This document shows, in pieces, positions 28,780 to 37,556 of a DNA stretch of 64,000 nt; the first letter of the stretch is position 1, and the number at the start of each line of letters is the position of its first letter. Location: contig JBAZBP010000001.1 in the NCBI GenBank assembly GCA_041671365.1, positions 261,518 to 325,517 of the forward strand, read 5' to 3'. Both the position numbers and the translations under genes were made by a program. The DNA comes from Patescibacteria group bacterium. GTDB taxonomy: Bacteria; Patescibacteriota; Patescibacteriia; Patescibacteriales; UBA12465. The notes below the pieces were generated by a model. That model was given only the letters and a program-made list of their open reading frames with translations. It did not search any database and was not told the DNA's origin.

Positions 28780-29553
28780 ATGCCGAGAAAAATTTTATTT
28801 ATGTTAGCAATTTTAGCGATTGCTTTTAGCGTGTCAGCTTGTTCCAGCCCTAATACTAATCAGTCGACCGATCAGGCTGAAGTTAATTCGTTAACCGGCT
28901 CAGTTGAGCCAGATCCTAGTTTATCTAATAATTTAGCGACGCTCTCTTCGAGCGCCGCACCGGTTGCTAATTCTGAGATTAACCCCGATCAGTCGGTGTC
29001 GTCTCCGGTCGCGCCGGTTCAAAACATTACTACTATGCCGACTCCCGATCAGCAAGTTGATTTAACTAAAAAGTATTCACAAGCCGTGATTAAAACCAGT
29101 CTTGGTGATATTACGGTCAAGTTTTATGCCGCCGATTCGCCCGTGGCGGTCAATAATTTCTTGAATTTAGCCCAAGCCGGTCTATATAATGGAACTAAAT
29201 TTCATCGGGTGATAAAAGATTTTATGATTCAAGGCGGCGATCCGTTAAGCAAGGGAAATGATACTTCTATTTATGGCACCGGTGGGCCGGGTTATCAATT
29301 TAAAGATGAATTTAATTCTCATAAATTAATCGCTGGGTCCTTGGCCATGGCCAATTCCGGTCCCGACACCAACGGTTCTCAATTTTTTATAGTTACTGCC
29401 CCAGAAACTCCTTGGTTGGACGGCAAACATGTAAATTTCGGTGAGGTTGTCAGCGGAATGGATGTCGTTAAAAATATTGAAGCCGAGCCGGTTAATGGCC
29501 GAGACCTTCCCTTAAAAGATGTTAAAATTATTAGCATCGAATTAATCAAATAA
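28780..29553 (+). CDS. cyclophilin-type peptidyl-prolyl isomerase lipoprotein
   Basis: Lipobox FSVSAC, a low-complexity linker, then FHRVIKDFMIQGGDP and SLAMANSGPDTNGSQFFI. Confidence 0.9.
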   Translation: MPRKILFMLAILAIAFSVSACSSPNTNQSTDQAEVNSLTGSVEPDPSLSNNLATLSSSAAPVANSEINPDQSVSSPVAPVQNITTMPTPDQQVDLTKKYSQAVIKTSLGDITVKFYAADSPVAVNNFLNLAQAGLYNGTKFHRVIKDFMIQGGDPLSKGNDTSIYGTGGPGYQFKDEFNSHKLIAGSLAMANSGPDTNGSQFFIVTAPETPWLDGKHVNFGEVVSGMDVVKNIEAEPVNGRDLPLKDVKIISIELIK

Positions 29554-29587
29554 ACATTTAATTCTCTATTTGTGGCAGTGTGAGCCA

Positions 29588-29627
29588 AACAGCCCTTAAC
29601 GACCTATTGAGTCGTTGGGGCTGTTTT
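29588..29627 (+). terminator. rho-independent terminator
   Basis: AACAGCCC pairs with GGGCTGTT, with inner AACGAC/GTCGTT pairing, followed by TTTT. Confidence 0.6.
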
Positions 29628-29702
29628 AAACAGTCTTCCAGGTTTAGAAGCATGGTAAAAAAACCAGCGATTTGCTAAAATATAAAAATAAGCTATAAAA
29701 AT

Positions 29703-30302
29703 ATGAAATTACAAAATTTTTTAAAATTATTGGCGGCCATTTTTATCTCTTTACTGGCCGGCGCCATTGGCAGCTTATTTACTATCCCCGCCATCTCTAC
29801 TTGGTATGCGACCTTAGCTAAACCGGCGTTTAATCCGCCCAATTGGGTTTTTGCCCCGGTGTGGACGCTATTATTTATTTTAATGGGAGTTTCCGCTTTT
29901 TTAATTTGGCGGGAAGGGTTAAATAATAAAAATGTTAGGACGGCTTTAGTTCTTTTTATTTTTCAATTAATTGCTAATATTTTCTGGCCAATGATTTTTT
30001 TTGGCATACACAATACAGGTTTGGCCTTTATAGAAATTATAAGTTTGTGGTGCGCAATTTTGGCGACAATTTTAGCTTTTTATGAAATTTCTCGTATTTC
30101 CGCTTATTTATTAATACCCTATATTATTTGGGTGACCTTTGCCGGTTTCTTAAATTATTCTATTTGGCGTTTAGAGGTTAATGTCGCCAATGTTCCCGAA
30201 GCAGTGGCTTGTACACAGGAGGCAAAAATTTGTCCTGATGGATCAGTGGTTGGTCGGAGCGGTTCAAATTGTGAATTTACTGCTTGTCCTCCGGGAAAAT
30301 AA
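29703..30302 (+). CDS. tspO: TspO/MBR family membrane protein with Cys-containing C-terminal tail
   Basis: WYATLAKPAFNPPNWVFAPVWTLLFILMG and five hydrophobic helices. Extra tail ACTQEAKICPDGSVVGRSGSNCEFTACPPGK. Confidence 0.8.
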   Translation: MKLQNFLKLLAAIFISLLAGAIGSLFTIPAISTWYATLAKPAFNPPNWVFAPVWTLLFILMGVSAFLIWREGLNNKNVRTALVLFIFQLIANIFWPMIFFGIHNTGLAFIEIISLWCAILATILAFYEISRISAYLLIPYIIWVTFAGFLNYSIWRLEVNVANVPEAVACTQEAKICPDGSVVGRSGSNCEFTACPPGK

Positions 30303-30329
30303 GTTATACTTAGTTTTTTTTGGGTTACC

Positions 30330-30361
30330 AAAAACACCCGTGTTGGACACGGGTGTTTTTA
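30330..30361. terminator. bidirectional rho-independent terminator between convergent genes
   Basis: ACACCCGTG-TTGGA-CACGGGTGT, flanked by an A-run on the left and a T-run on the right. Confidence 0.75.
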
Positions 30362-30395
30362 AAAGTCAATCTAATATCGATTACGTGAAAATTGA

Positions 30396-30653
30396 TTAGA
30401 ATCTTTTTTCCAAGGGACGGGCTTCATTAACAACTACATTGCGTCCGTCTAATTCCTGGTTGTTATACATGGCGATAGCTTTGTCCGCTTCCTCGTCATT
30501 AGCCATTTCTACGAAGCCAAAGCCCTTAGAGCGATGGGTCATGCGATCGGAGATAATCACGGCGGAGACAACCTGGCCGGCCTTAGCGAAAGCTTCTGCT
30601 AAACCCTCTTCAGTTGTCTTGAAAGACAAGCCGCCGATAAATAATTTTTTCAT
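30396..30653 (-). CDS. RRM-type RNA-binding protein
   Basis: KLFIGGLSF (RNP-2) and KGFGFVEM (RNP-1). Confidence 0.9.
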   Translation of the reverse strand: MKKLFIGGLSFKTTEEGLAEAFAKAGQVVSAVIISDRMTHRSKGFGFVEMANDEEADKAIAMYNNQELDGRNVVVNEARPLEKRF

Positions 30654-30701
30654 TTCTTTTTTCTAAAAAAAATTTATTAAATTGTAAGACGACCTTTTTC
30701 T

Positions 30702-30728
30702 TAAAAAAAGAACGAAATGGTTCGCTCT
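30702..30728 (-). terminator. rho-independent terminator of the secE-nusG-rplK-rplA unit
   Basis: On the minus strand, AGAGCGAA-CCAT-TTCGTTCT (one G-U pair) followed by TTTTTT. Confidence 0.6.
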
Positions 30729-30806
30729 TTCTTTAAAAATGCTTACCTGATTTAACTATATATTATTTTAGTTGGTCAGTCAAGAATTACTAAAATAGTT
30801 TATAGA

Positions 30807-31513
30807 TTAAGAAACTATGACCTTGACGCCGGGACTCATTGAAGAAGATAGACTGATATTTTTGAGATAAGTTCCCTTGGAAGAGGCTGGCTTAGCCTTC
30901 TTAACGGTATTTAGCAGGGCTTGGTAATTATCCAGTAATTTTTTAGTTTCAAAACTGACTTTTCCGATAACAGTATGGACATTGGCCGTATCGTCATTTT
31001 TAAAGCTAATTTTGCCCTTTTTTAATTCTTCCACAGTTTTTGCCGGGTTAGTGGTGACGGTATCATTTTTCGGTGAAGGCATTAAACCGCGAGTGCCTAA
31101 AATTTTAGCGATTACGGCTAAATTTTTCATCATTGTTGGTTCGGCAATTGCTACCTGAAAATCAGTTTTTTCAGTTTTTTTAATTTCATTTATCAACTCC
31201 TCGCTGCCAACCAGATCAGCGCCGGCAGCTTTGACGGCTGCTTCATTTTCCGGAGTTACAAAAGCTGCAACGCGAATAGTTTTTCCGGTACCATGCGGCA
31301 GGCTGACTGCCCACGAACCTGTTGGTCTCCTTTTTTAGTATTAATACCCAAACGCATATGAACTTCAATGGAGGCGTCAAATTTAGTCTTTGTTAATTTT
31401 TTGACTATTTCCAAAGCTTCTTCGGCGGCATAAGTCTTGGATTTTTCGTAAATGGCGGAGTAATCTGTTTTTTTAGGAGTTTTTATTACTTTTTTAATTT
31501 TTTCTGTTTTCAT
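30807..31513 (-). pseudogene. rplA: 50S ribosomal protein L1 interrupted by a 1-nt frameshift (true frameshift or assembly error)
   Basis: N-terminal frame: MKTEKIKK...FDASIEVHMRLGINTKKGDQQVRG. L1 homology then continues in the -1 frame as AVSLPHGTGKTIRVAAFV...SSMSPGVKVIVS. The switch is at the GGG run (plus-strand CCC at 31310-31312). Confidence 0.8.
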
Positions 31514-31576
31514 AAATTTTAGTCGTGGTTTAACGTTTTTAAGCCCGAGGCCAAAAAACTCCCACAATTTAGGTAA

Positions 31577-31999
31577 TTATTTAATTTCTACGCCCATTTG
31601 TCGGGCGGTACCGGCAATAATTTTTTTAGCCGCTTCTAAATCGTTAGCATTTAAATCGGGCATTTTAGTTTTAGCAATTTCTTCTAATTGAGCGTCGCTA
31701 ATTTTTCCGACTTTTTCCGTTAGCGGTTTGCCCGAACCCTTTTTAATACCGGCCGCCTTTTTAATTAATTCGGCCGCTGGTTGGGTTTTTAGAATAAAAT
31801 CGTAACTGCGATCTTCATAAACGGTAATTTCTACCGGGATGATATCGCCGACTTTATCCTTAGTTCGATCATTGAATTCTTTACAGAATTGAGCAATGTT
31901 AAGGCCATGTTGACCTAAGGCCGGACCGATTGGAGGCGCCGGATTAGCTTGACTGCCCGGAATTTGCAGCTTTATTTTAGTTTTTATTTTTTTAGCCAT
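31577..31999 (-). CDS. rplK: 50S ribosomal protein L11
   Basis: [27 protein letters not shown]...FCKEFN motif. Confidence 0.95.
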   Translation of the reverse strand: MAKKIKTKIKLQIPGSQANPAPPIGPALGQHGLNIAQFCKEFNDRTKDKVGDIIPVEITVYEDRSYDFILKTQPAAELIKKAAGIKKGSGKPLTEKVGKISDAQLEEIAKTKMPDLNANDLEAAKKIIAGTARQMGVEIK

Positions 32000-32081
32000 A
32001 TAATTTTAGATTAAAAATTTAAATTCGGAAATTAAGAAATTTAGAAGCTAATTTTTCAATTTTCAAATTTTTATCGTTTTT

Positions 32082-32627
32082 TTATACTTTTCTTATTTGC
32101 AGAAAGTCCAGTTCGACCGGAGTTTCCCGTCCGAACATGGAAACGGAAACTTTAATTTTCCCTTTGGCTTCGTCCACGGCCGTAACCTTGCCCTCCATGT
32201 TTTTAAACGGTCCTTCGTTAATATGCACCGGAGTTCCGACCACCACGTCAATTTGGAATTTCGGATCGTCCACGCCCATTCTTTTCTGCAGCGATTTGAT
32301 TTCGACGTCGCTAATCGGCGTCGGAATCGTCCCTGTTCCGATAAAACCGGTGACGTTAGGCGTATTGCGGACAATATACCAGGATTCATCAGTTACTTCC
32401 ATTTCCACTAGAATATAACCAGGGAATATTTTTTCCTCCACTACTCGTCGTTTACTATTTTTTATTTTAATTTTTTTTTCAGTCGGAATCAAAATATTAA
32501 AAATTTTATCCTCCATATCCAGGGACTCTACTCTTTGTTTTAAGTTTTGGGTAACATTTTCTTCGTAGCCGGAGTAAGTGTGAATTACATACCAGCGGCG
32601 ACCCTGATTCAAAAGTTGCTTAGCCAT
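32082..32627 (-). CDS. nusG: transcription termination/antitermination factor NusG
   Basis: WYVIHTYSGYE NGN start, FPGYILVEM and a KOW region (GTPVHINEGPFKNMEGKV). Conserved secE-nusG-rplK order. Confidence 0.95.
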   Translation of the reverse strand: MAKQLLNQGRRWYVIHTYSGYEENVTQNLKQRVESLDMEDKIFNILIPTEKKIKIKNSKRRVVEEKIFPGYILVEMEVTDESWYIVRNTPNVTGFIGTGTIPTPISDVEIKSLQKRMGVDDPKFQIDVVVGTPVHINEGPFKNMEGKVTAVDEAKGKIKVSVSMFGRETPVELDFLQIRKV

Positions 32628-32657
32628 ACGTTTGATATTAAGAACGAATATTTTTTA

Positions 32658-32840
32658 TTATTTTATAATAAATTGAAAACCTTGAGTAAAAATATAATCC
32701 AGGATGCCTAAAAAAATTGCCACGCCTAAACTAATGCCAATAACGAGCACCGTATAATTATAAGTTTCTTTTTTGGTTGGCCAAGTAACCTTCTTCATTT
32801 CGGCGATAGATTCTTGGATATAATTGGTGATTTTGTTCAT
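32658..32840 (-). CDS. secE: preprotein translocase subunit SecE
   Basis: 60-aa ORF, EMKKVTWPTKKET followed by a single TM helix. Position upstream of nusG. Confidence 0.8.
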   Translation of the reverse strand: MNKITNYIQESIAEMKKVTWPTKKETYNYTVLVIGISLGVAIFLGILDYIFTQGFQFIIK

Positions 32841-32889
32841 ATTATTAGTATTTAAAAAAAAGCCTTCTGGGCCAAGTTTTACTACTCAA

Positions 32890-32918
32890 ATATTACAAAA
32901 AAATTATTAGTCTGTCAA
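32890..32918 (-). promoter_or_regulatory. sigma-70 promoter for secE-nusG-rplK-rplA
   Basis: Minus strand reads TTGACA (32918-32913), 17 nt, then TAATAT (32895-32890), about 45 nt upstream of secE. Confidence 0.6.
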
Positions 32919-32975
32919 GGGCTTGTATTAGTCTTGTATCGGTCTTGGCTGGAGTTAGAATTTTTAAGATTATTT

Positions 32976-32984
32976 TGCTAGAAT
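32976..32984 (+). promoter_or_regulatory. extended -10 element (TGCTAGAAT)
   Basis: TGnTAGAAT upstream of the LtaS-like gene. The same 9-mer recurs at 40330-40338. Confidence 0.45.
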
Positions 32985-33037
32985 GTAATAATTGGGGACA
33001 TTAATTAGGTTCAACCAAGTTCGTCCGAGTTAAGATC

Positions 33038-34960
33038 ATGATGAAAAAACCATTTAATTTTTATAAGATAAAATTTTATTGCTCGGCTTTTGGGTGGCCG
33101 GTAGTTTTAGCGTTGCTGTTTGTTTGGCAGAATCAGGCTTATAATAGTTGGTTGAATATTTATCCGCAGCAATATATTATCCGCAGAGTTTTAGTTACTT
33201 TTTCTCTGGGTATTATTGTTTATGGTCCCGCCTGGTTTTTTAAAAAACGCGGTCAGTATCTATATCTGTTTCTAGTCTCTATTTTAATTTCTTTTATTTT
33301 TGTGGCGCAGTTTATTTATTATGAATACGCTACGGCCTTTTTACAGGTTTCGGCTTGGAAATATGCGTCATTAGCCACCAGTCAGACCGGCACAATTGTC
33401 ACGCTTCTTAATTGGCGGATTTTACTGTTTGTCGCCAATTTAATTTTGCTTATTTTAGCTTTAATTATTGATCGTCAGATTAAATTTACCGATTTTAAAA
33501 AAACTAATAGGGAAAAGTTGGTTATTCTAATGATTATCTTATTTGTTGGTTTTAGCGGTTATTATTATTTATTTCAGCAAGAAACGAAAGAATGGGGTGA
33601 CGGTAGCCGTTTATACAGTGATTTATATGATTTGGAAACTTTAGTGGCCAAAGCCGGGGTGATTAATTTTACCTTGGAAGACACAGCCAAATATTTAACA
33701 CGCGATAATCATCCGTCGGCCGCCGAGCTGGCTTTCGTTCAAGCTTGGAATATAAATCGAGAGGCTACGATTCAGACTGTCACCACCCCAAAATATTTTG
33801 CTTTAGCAAAAAATCGTAATGTTATTTTTATAGAGGTTGAATCCTTAGAAAACGCCGTGATTGGTCAATCTATCGGGAATCAAGCTATCACTCCGTATTT
33901 AAATGAATTGGCGCGCCGTGGTCTTTATTTTGATAATTATTATACCCAGGTTGGCCAGGGCAATACGGCCGATGCCGAATTTGTAACCATGAATTCTATT
34001 TTCCCCCTGCCTACCGATGTGGTTTTTATTGATTATGCTCATAATAATTATCAAGCTTTACCGCAATTATTAAAAAATAATGGTTATCATACCTATGCCC
34101 TGCATGGTGATGTGCCGACTTTTTGGAATCGTTCTAATATCTATCCCCAGTTAGGTTATAGTGGTTCATTTAGTAAACAAGATTATATAATTTCTCGTAA
34201 AGTTGGACCAGGTTTTGCCGAATTAGGCGATGAAGATTTTTTAAATCAATCCGCGTTAAAATTAAAAAATCTAGCGACGCCATTTATGGCCACGCTCATT
34301 ACTATCAGCTCTCATACACCTTTTGAAGTTCCGCTGGATTTGCAAACTTTAAAAATACCGACGGATACCAAGTTTAACAAGACTCAGCAGAATTATTTGC
34401 AAAGTATTCATTATGTCGATCAAGCTATCGGAAAGTTTTTAAATCAGTTAAAAACTTTAGGGTTATATGATAATTCATTGATTGTTATTTATGGTGATCA
34501 TGGGAGCTACACTTCTATTAGCCGGGCTTTAAAGGCAGATAACGCTATTTCGGTGGGGCTGAGCGATAATCAAGTTCCATTAATTATTTTAGCGCCAGAT
34601 ACCAATTTGTCCGGGACTATTAATAATCCTTCCAGTCATTTGGATTTTTATCCGACGATCGCTAATCTTCTGGGACTGAAGATTCCACGCAGCGTCTTGG
34701 GTCAAGATATTTTAAATTCCTCGACTCCAGTCATGACGCGACGCAATAGCGGTTCTGGTACGATTAATTCGATTTTAACGCCTAGATTGGCTTATGAGGC
34801 CTCTAGTGATGGAGTTTTTGAGCGTGGTCGATGTTTGACGTTACCGAATAAGCAGTTTTTACCTAGCCAGAATTGTCGGTCTCTATATGAAGAACAAAAT
34901 AATCTTATTAAGGCTTCGGATATTATTGAGCGCGGCAATTTAATTACGACGATTAAGTAA
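33038..34960 (+). CDS. LTA-synthase-family (sulfatase-fold) phosphoglycerol/phosphoethanolamine transferase
   Basis: Five N-terminal TM helices, then an extracytoplasmic sulfatase-like domain (NVIFIEVESLEN, GNTADAEF, YGDHGS). Confidence 0.8.
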   Translation: MMKKPFNFYKIKFYCSAFGWPVVLALLFVWQNQAYNSWLNIYPQQYIIRRVLVTFSLGIIVYGPAWFFKKRGQYLYLFLVSILISFIFVAQFIYYEYATAFLQVSAWKYASLATSQTGTIVTLLNWRILLFVANLILLILALIIDRQIKFTDFKKTNREKLVILMIILFVGFSGYYYLFQQETKEWGDGSRLYSDLYDLETLVAKAGVINFTLEDTAKYLTRDNHPSAAELAFVQAWNINREATIQTVTTPKYFALAKNRNVIFIEVESLENAVIGQSIGNQAITPYLNELARRGLYFDNYYTQVGQGNTADAEFVTMNSIFPLPTDVVFIDYAHNNYQALPQLLKNNGYHTYALHGDVPTFWNRSNIYPQLGYSGSFSKQDYIISRKVGPGFAELGDEDFLNQSALKLKNLATPFMATLITISSHTPFEVPLDLQTLKIPTDTKFNKTQQNYLQSIHYVDQAIGKFLNQLKTLGLYDNSLIVIYGDHGSYTSISRALKADNAISVGLSDNQVPLIILAPDTNLSGTINNPSSHLDFYPTIANLLGLKIPRSVLGQDILNSSTPVMTRRNSGSGTINSILTPRLAYEASSDGVFERGRCLTLPNKQFLPSQNCRSLYEEQNNLIKASDIIERGNLITTIK

Positions 34961-35023
34961 TTATTCAAATTAATTAGAATATCGAGAGGAGTTGTGTTAT
35001 AGTGATACTAATATATTTATAAT

Positions 35024-35725
35024 ATGATTGATAATAAATTAAATATACCGCTACACGTTGGTATTATCTTGGACGGTAATCGTCGTTATGCTAAGGCCAA
35101 CGGTCTGCCGCGTTTTGAAGGGCATCGCCGCGGTTTGATGAATGTTAAGACGATTGTTAAAGCGGCCTTTTCCCAAGGTATAAAAATTTTAACTGTTTAC
35201 GCTTTTTCGACCGAAAATTGGAATAGAGAAAAAGTTGAAATCGATTACTTGATGAAATTATTTAAGATTTTTGTTAATCGGGAAGTTAAGACTTTGGTAG
35301 CGCAGGGCGTCAAGATTAATTTTTTTGGTCGATTGACCGACTATAATGCCGAGATCCAGGCAGATATTAAGAAAATAGAAGCACAAACTCGCCGGGGTCT
35401 CAAAGGAATTTTAAATATTTGTCTTAGCTATGGCGGTCGCGATGAATTAGTACGGGCAGTTAAAAAAATTGTTAATCAAGAAATATCAGTCTCAGAAATC
35501 TCGGAAAGTTTAATTGAAAAAAATTTGGATTCAGCCGGGTTACCCGATCCGGATTTGATAATCAGAACTTCTGGGGAGCAGCGTTTATCGGGATTTTTAA
35601 CTTGGCAGTCGGTTTATAGTGAATTATATTTTACAAAAAAATATTGGCCGGAATTTTCTAAGCTTGATTTGATAGAGGCAATTAATGAATATAGTCGAAG
35701 ACAAAGACGATACGGCGCAAATTAG
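35024..35725 (+). CDS. uppS: undecaprenyl diphosphate synthase
   Basis: HVGIILDGNRRYA, FSTENWNR and IRTSGEQRLSGFLTWQS motifs. Confidence 0.95.
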   Translation: MIDNKLNIPLHVGIILDGNRRYAKANGLPRFEGHRRGLMNVKTIVKAAFSQGIKILTVYAFSTENWNREKVEIDYLMKLFKIFVNREVKTLVAQGVKINFFGRLTDYNAEIQADIKKIEAQTRRGLKGILNICLSYGGRDELVRAVKKIVNQEISVSEISESLIEKNLDSAGLPDPDLIIRTSGEQRLSGFLTWQSVYSELYFTKKYWPEFSKLDLIEAINEYSRRQRRYGAN

Positions 35726-35792
35726 CTGTATAATTAGCCGCTTGTTTAAACATTAAAAGACATAAGCTCGATATTCCCCGGAGCTTATTTTT

Positions 35793-36293
35793 TTAGTCAA
35801 TTTTAATAATTTTATATTCAATTTGACGATCGGCCAGTTGAACTTTAATAATATCGCCGACTCGTCGATTAATTAAAGCGGCGCCGAGCGGAGAATTATG
35901 AGAAATAACGCCGATGTCCGGATTAGTTTCGGCTGAACCGAGCAGGCGGTAAGTTTTTTGTTTTTTTGCCGTTTCAACAGTTACTAAATGTCCGAGTCTG
36001 ACAGTGTCATTATTTCCATCCCCATTAATGATTTCAGCAAACTTAAGCTGTTCTTCAATATCAAGAATTCGTTGATTAATTCCGCGTAGACGGCCTTTGG
36101 CTAGTTGATAGCCGGCATTTTCGGAAAAATCACCCATCAGAGCTAATCTCTTAACTTCTTGAGATTCACGGGGACGGCTCACGGTTTTTAATTTTTCTAA
36201 TTTTAACGTTAATTCCCGAAATTTTTCCGGAGTAATGTAAGGATCGGGTTTTGGACGCCGGTAGGTTTCGGCTTTTCTGATTGGTGTTTGCAT
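35793..36293 (-). CDS. greA: transcription elongation factor GreA
   Basis: GDFSENAGYQLAKGRL coiled-coil tip motif and C-terminal SPLGAALINRRVGD. Confidence 0.9.
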   Translation of the reverse strand: MQTPIRKAETYRRPKPDPYITPEKFRELTLKLEKLKTVSRPRESQEVKRLALMGDFSENAGYQLAKGRLRGINQRILDIEEQLKFAEIINGDGNNDTVRLGHLVTVETAKKQKTYRLLGSAETNPDIGVISHNSPLGAALINRRVGDIIKVQLADRQIEYKIIKID

Positions 36294-36458
36294 AAATTTT
36301 ATTTGACAAAAATTAGTGTATTATGATATTTTAAACATAACAAATCGTTATTTCAAATATTTAATCAACAAATTACGGAGATACAAATAAAAGTCAAGTT
36401 TTTTGTTACTCGGATCGCTCCTGGAGAGACATTTTCGGATGTCCTTCGGAGGTATAAA

Positions 36459-36638
36459 TTGGCCACCGATGTGAAGGTCAAAAAAATTTTATTTCGCTGG
36501 TTAATTTCTCAGGTTAAAATCGCGCATGACTCGATAGCCACGAATGGCGTCGCTTTGGCCGAAGAATTATGGCGAGCTACGCCGTATGACAGCGAAGAAG
36601 AAACGCAGTCTGGCGCCCTAACGGTAATTTTTGTGTAG
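36459..36638 (+). CDS. candidate 59-aa small protein (TTG start), unannotated in the ORF track
   Basis: GGAGG (36448-36452), 6 nt, then TTG at 36459. Open to TAG at 36636-36638 (LATDVKVKKILFRWLISQVKIAHDSIATNGVALAEELWRATPYDSEEETQSGALTVIFV). One codon below the apparent 60-aa cut-off of the track. Confidence 0.3.
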   Translation: MATDVKVKKILFRWLISQVKIAHDSIATNGVALAEELWRATPYDSEEETQSGALTVIFV

Positions 36639-36665
36639 AACCTTGATGCTGGATTATTGCATTTT

Positions 36666-36691
36666 AGCTCGATATAATGTCGGGCTTTTTT
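36666..36691 (+). terminator. rho-independent terminator (plus strand only)
   Basis: AGCTCGA-TATAATG-TCGGGCT (one mismatch) followed by TTTTTT. There is no T-run on the opposite strand. Confidence 0.5.
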
Positions 36692-36717
36692 ATTAATTTA
36701 AGTCAAGTTGATATAGC

Positions 36718-37479
36718 TTAACCCTTGGTGTTAATTTTTGTTTCGTTATTAGTAAATTTTTTTTCTGATTGCACTATTAACCATTCAGTCCAACTTATTC
36801 CCAAAATTAGCCAGAGAAGTCCGGAAAGGTAACCGGCCCAAACATCACTTAAATAATGAACCCCTAAATATAATCGGGAAAAACCAATAGCTATAACTAA
36901 GGTTAGTCCGAGAAATAAGATTAAAATTTTGTTGATTAATTTTTTGGTCTGACGAAGAAAAAAATATATTATAAAACCATACATAGCCACTGCTACTGAG
37001 GCGTGACCGCTAGGAAAGGAGAAGCCGCTTTCTGTATAAACCGGATATAATGGTCGGGGGCGATGAAAGGCTAATTTACTTAAAAAATTTACTAAAGTAG
37101 ACCCCATTAGAGATAACCAAAAAGTCGGAATATAGGTTCTTTTTTTCAATAACCAGAGGATTAAGAAAAACGCTACAGCTACATTGACCACGATTAGCCA
37201 ACTGCCCAGAGAAGTTATTTCCATAAATATCTTGGTCAGATAATCGGAACGGAATAGAATCATTAATTGATTAAAATTGTTATCGACGGCGACAATCGGA
37301 TCAGAATGAATAAAATCTTCTACTATGCCTAACAATAAGAATAAGGCATATATAAAAGTCAGGCTTAGCCAGGTGGCAGTCAATCCCCAAAAAGACTCCC
37401 GACTAAAACGATTTTTGATGAATCTGTAAATATTGGTTGATATATGAGTAGTATTCATAAATATATATTCTTTTATCAT
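36718..37479 (-). CDS. PAP2-family phosphatase (undecaprenyl-diphosphatase-like)
   Basis: KLAFHRPRP, PSGHAS and SRLYLGVHYLSDV motifs; multiple TM helices. Confidence 0.85.
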   Translation of the reverse strand: MIKEYIFMNTTHISTNIYRFIKNRFSRESFWGLTATWLSLTFIYALFLLLGIVEDFIHSDPIVAVDNNFNQLMILFRSDYLTKIFMEITSLGSWLIVVNVAVAFFLILWLLKKRTYIPTFWLSLMGSTLVNFLSKLAFHRPRPLYPVYTESGFSFPSGHASVAVAMYGFIIYFFLRQTKKLINKILILFLGLTLVIAIGFSRLYLGVHYLSDVWAGYLSGLLWLILGISWTEWLIVQSEKKFTNNETKINTKG

Positions 37480-37556
37480 TATATCAGATTACATCTTTTT
37501 TGCTTAGCTTTGGACAAGTGGTATAATAAAAATATAAGAAGTAAGGACAAAAGAGT

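Noticed and set aside
32093-32418. Three ORFs of 93-104 aa overlapping nusG: 32093-32389 (-), 32097-32411 (+) and 32137-32418 (+).
   Set aside because: They lie entirely inside the well-supported nusG CDS in alternative or antisense frames. They have no recognisable motifs and low-complexity, Arg/Ser-rich composition.
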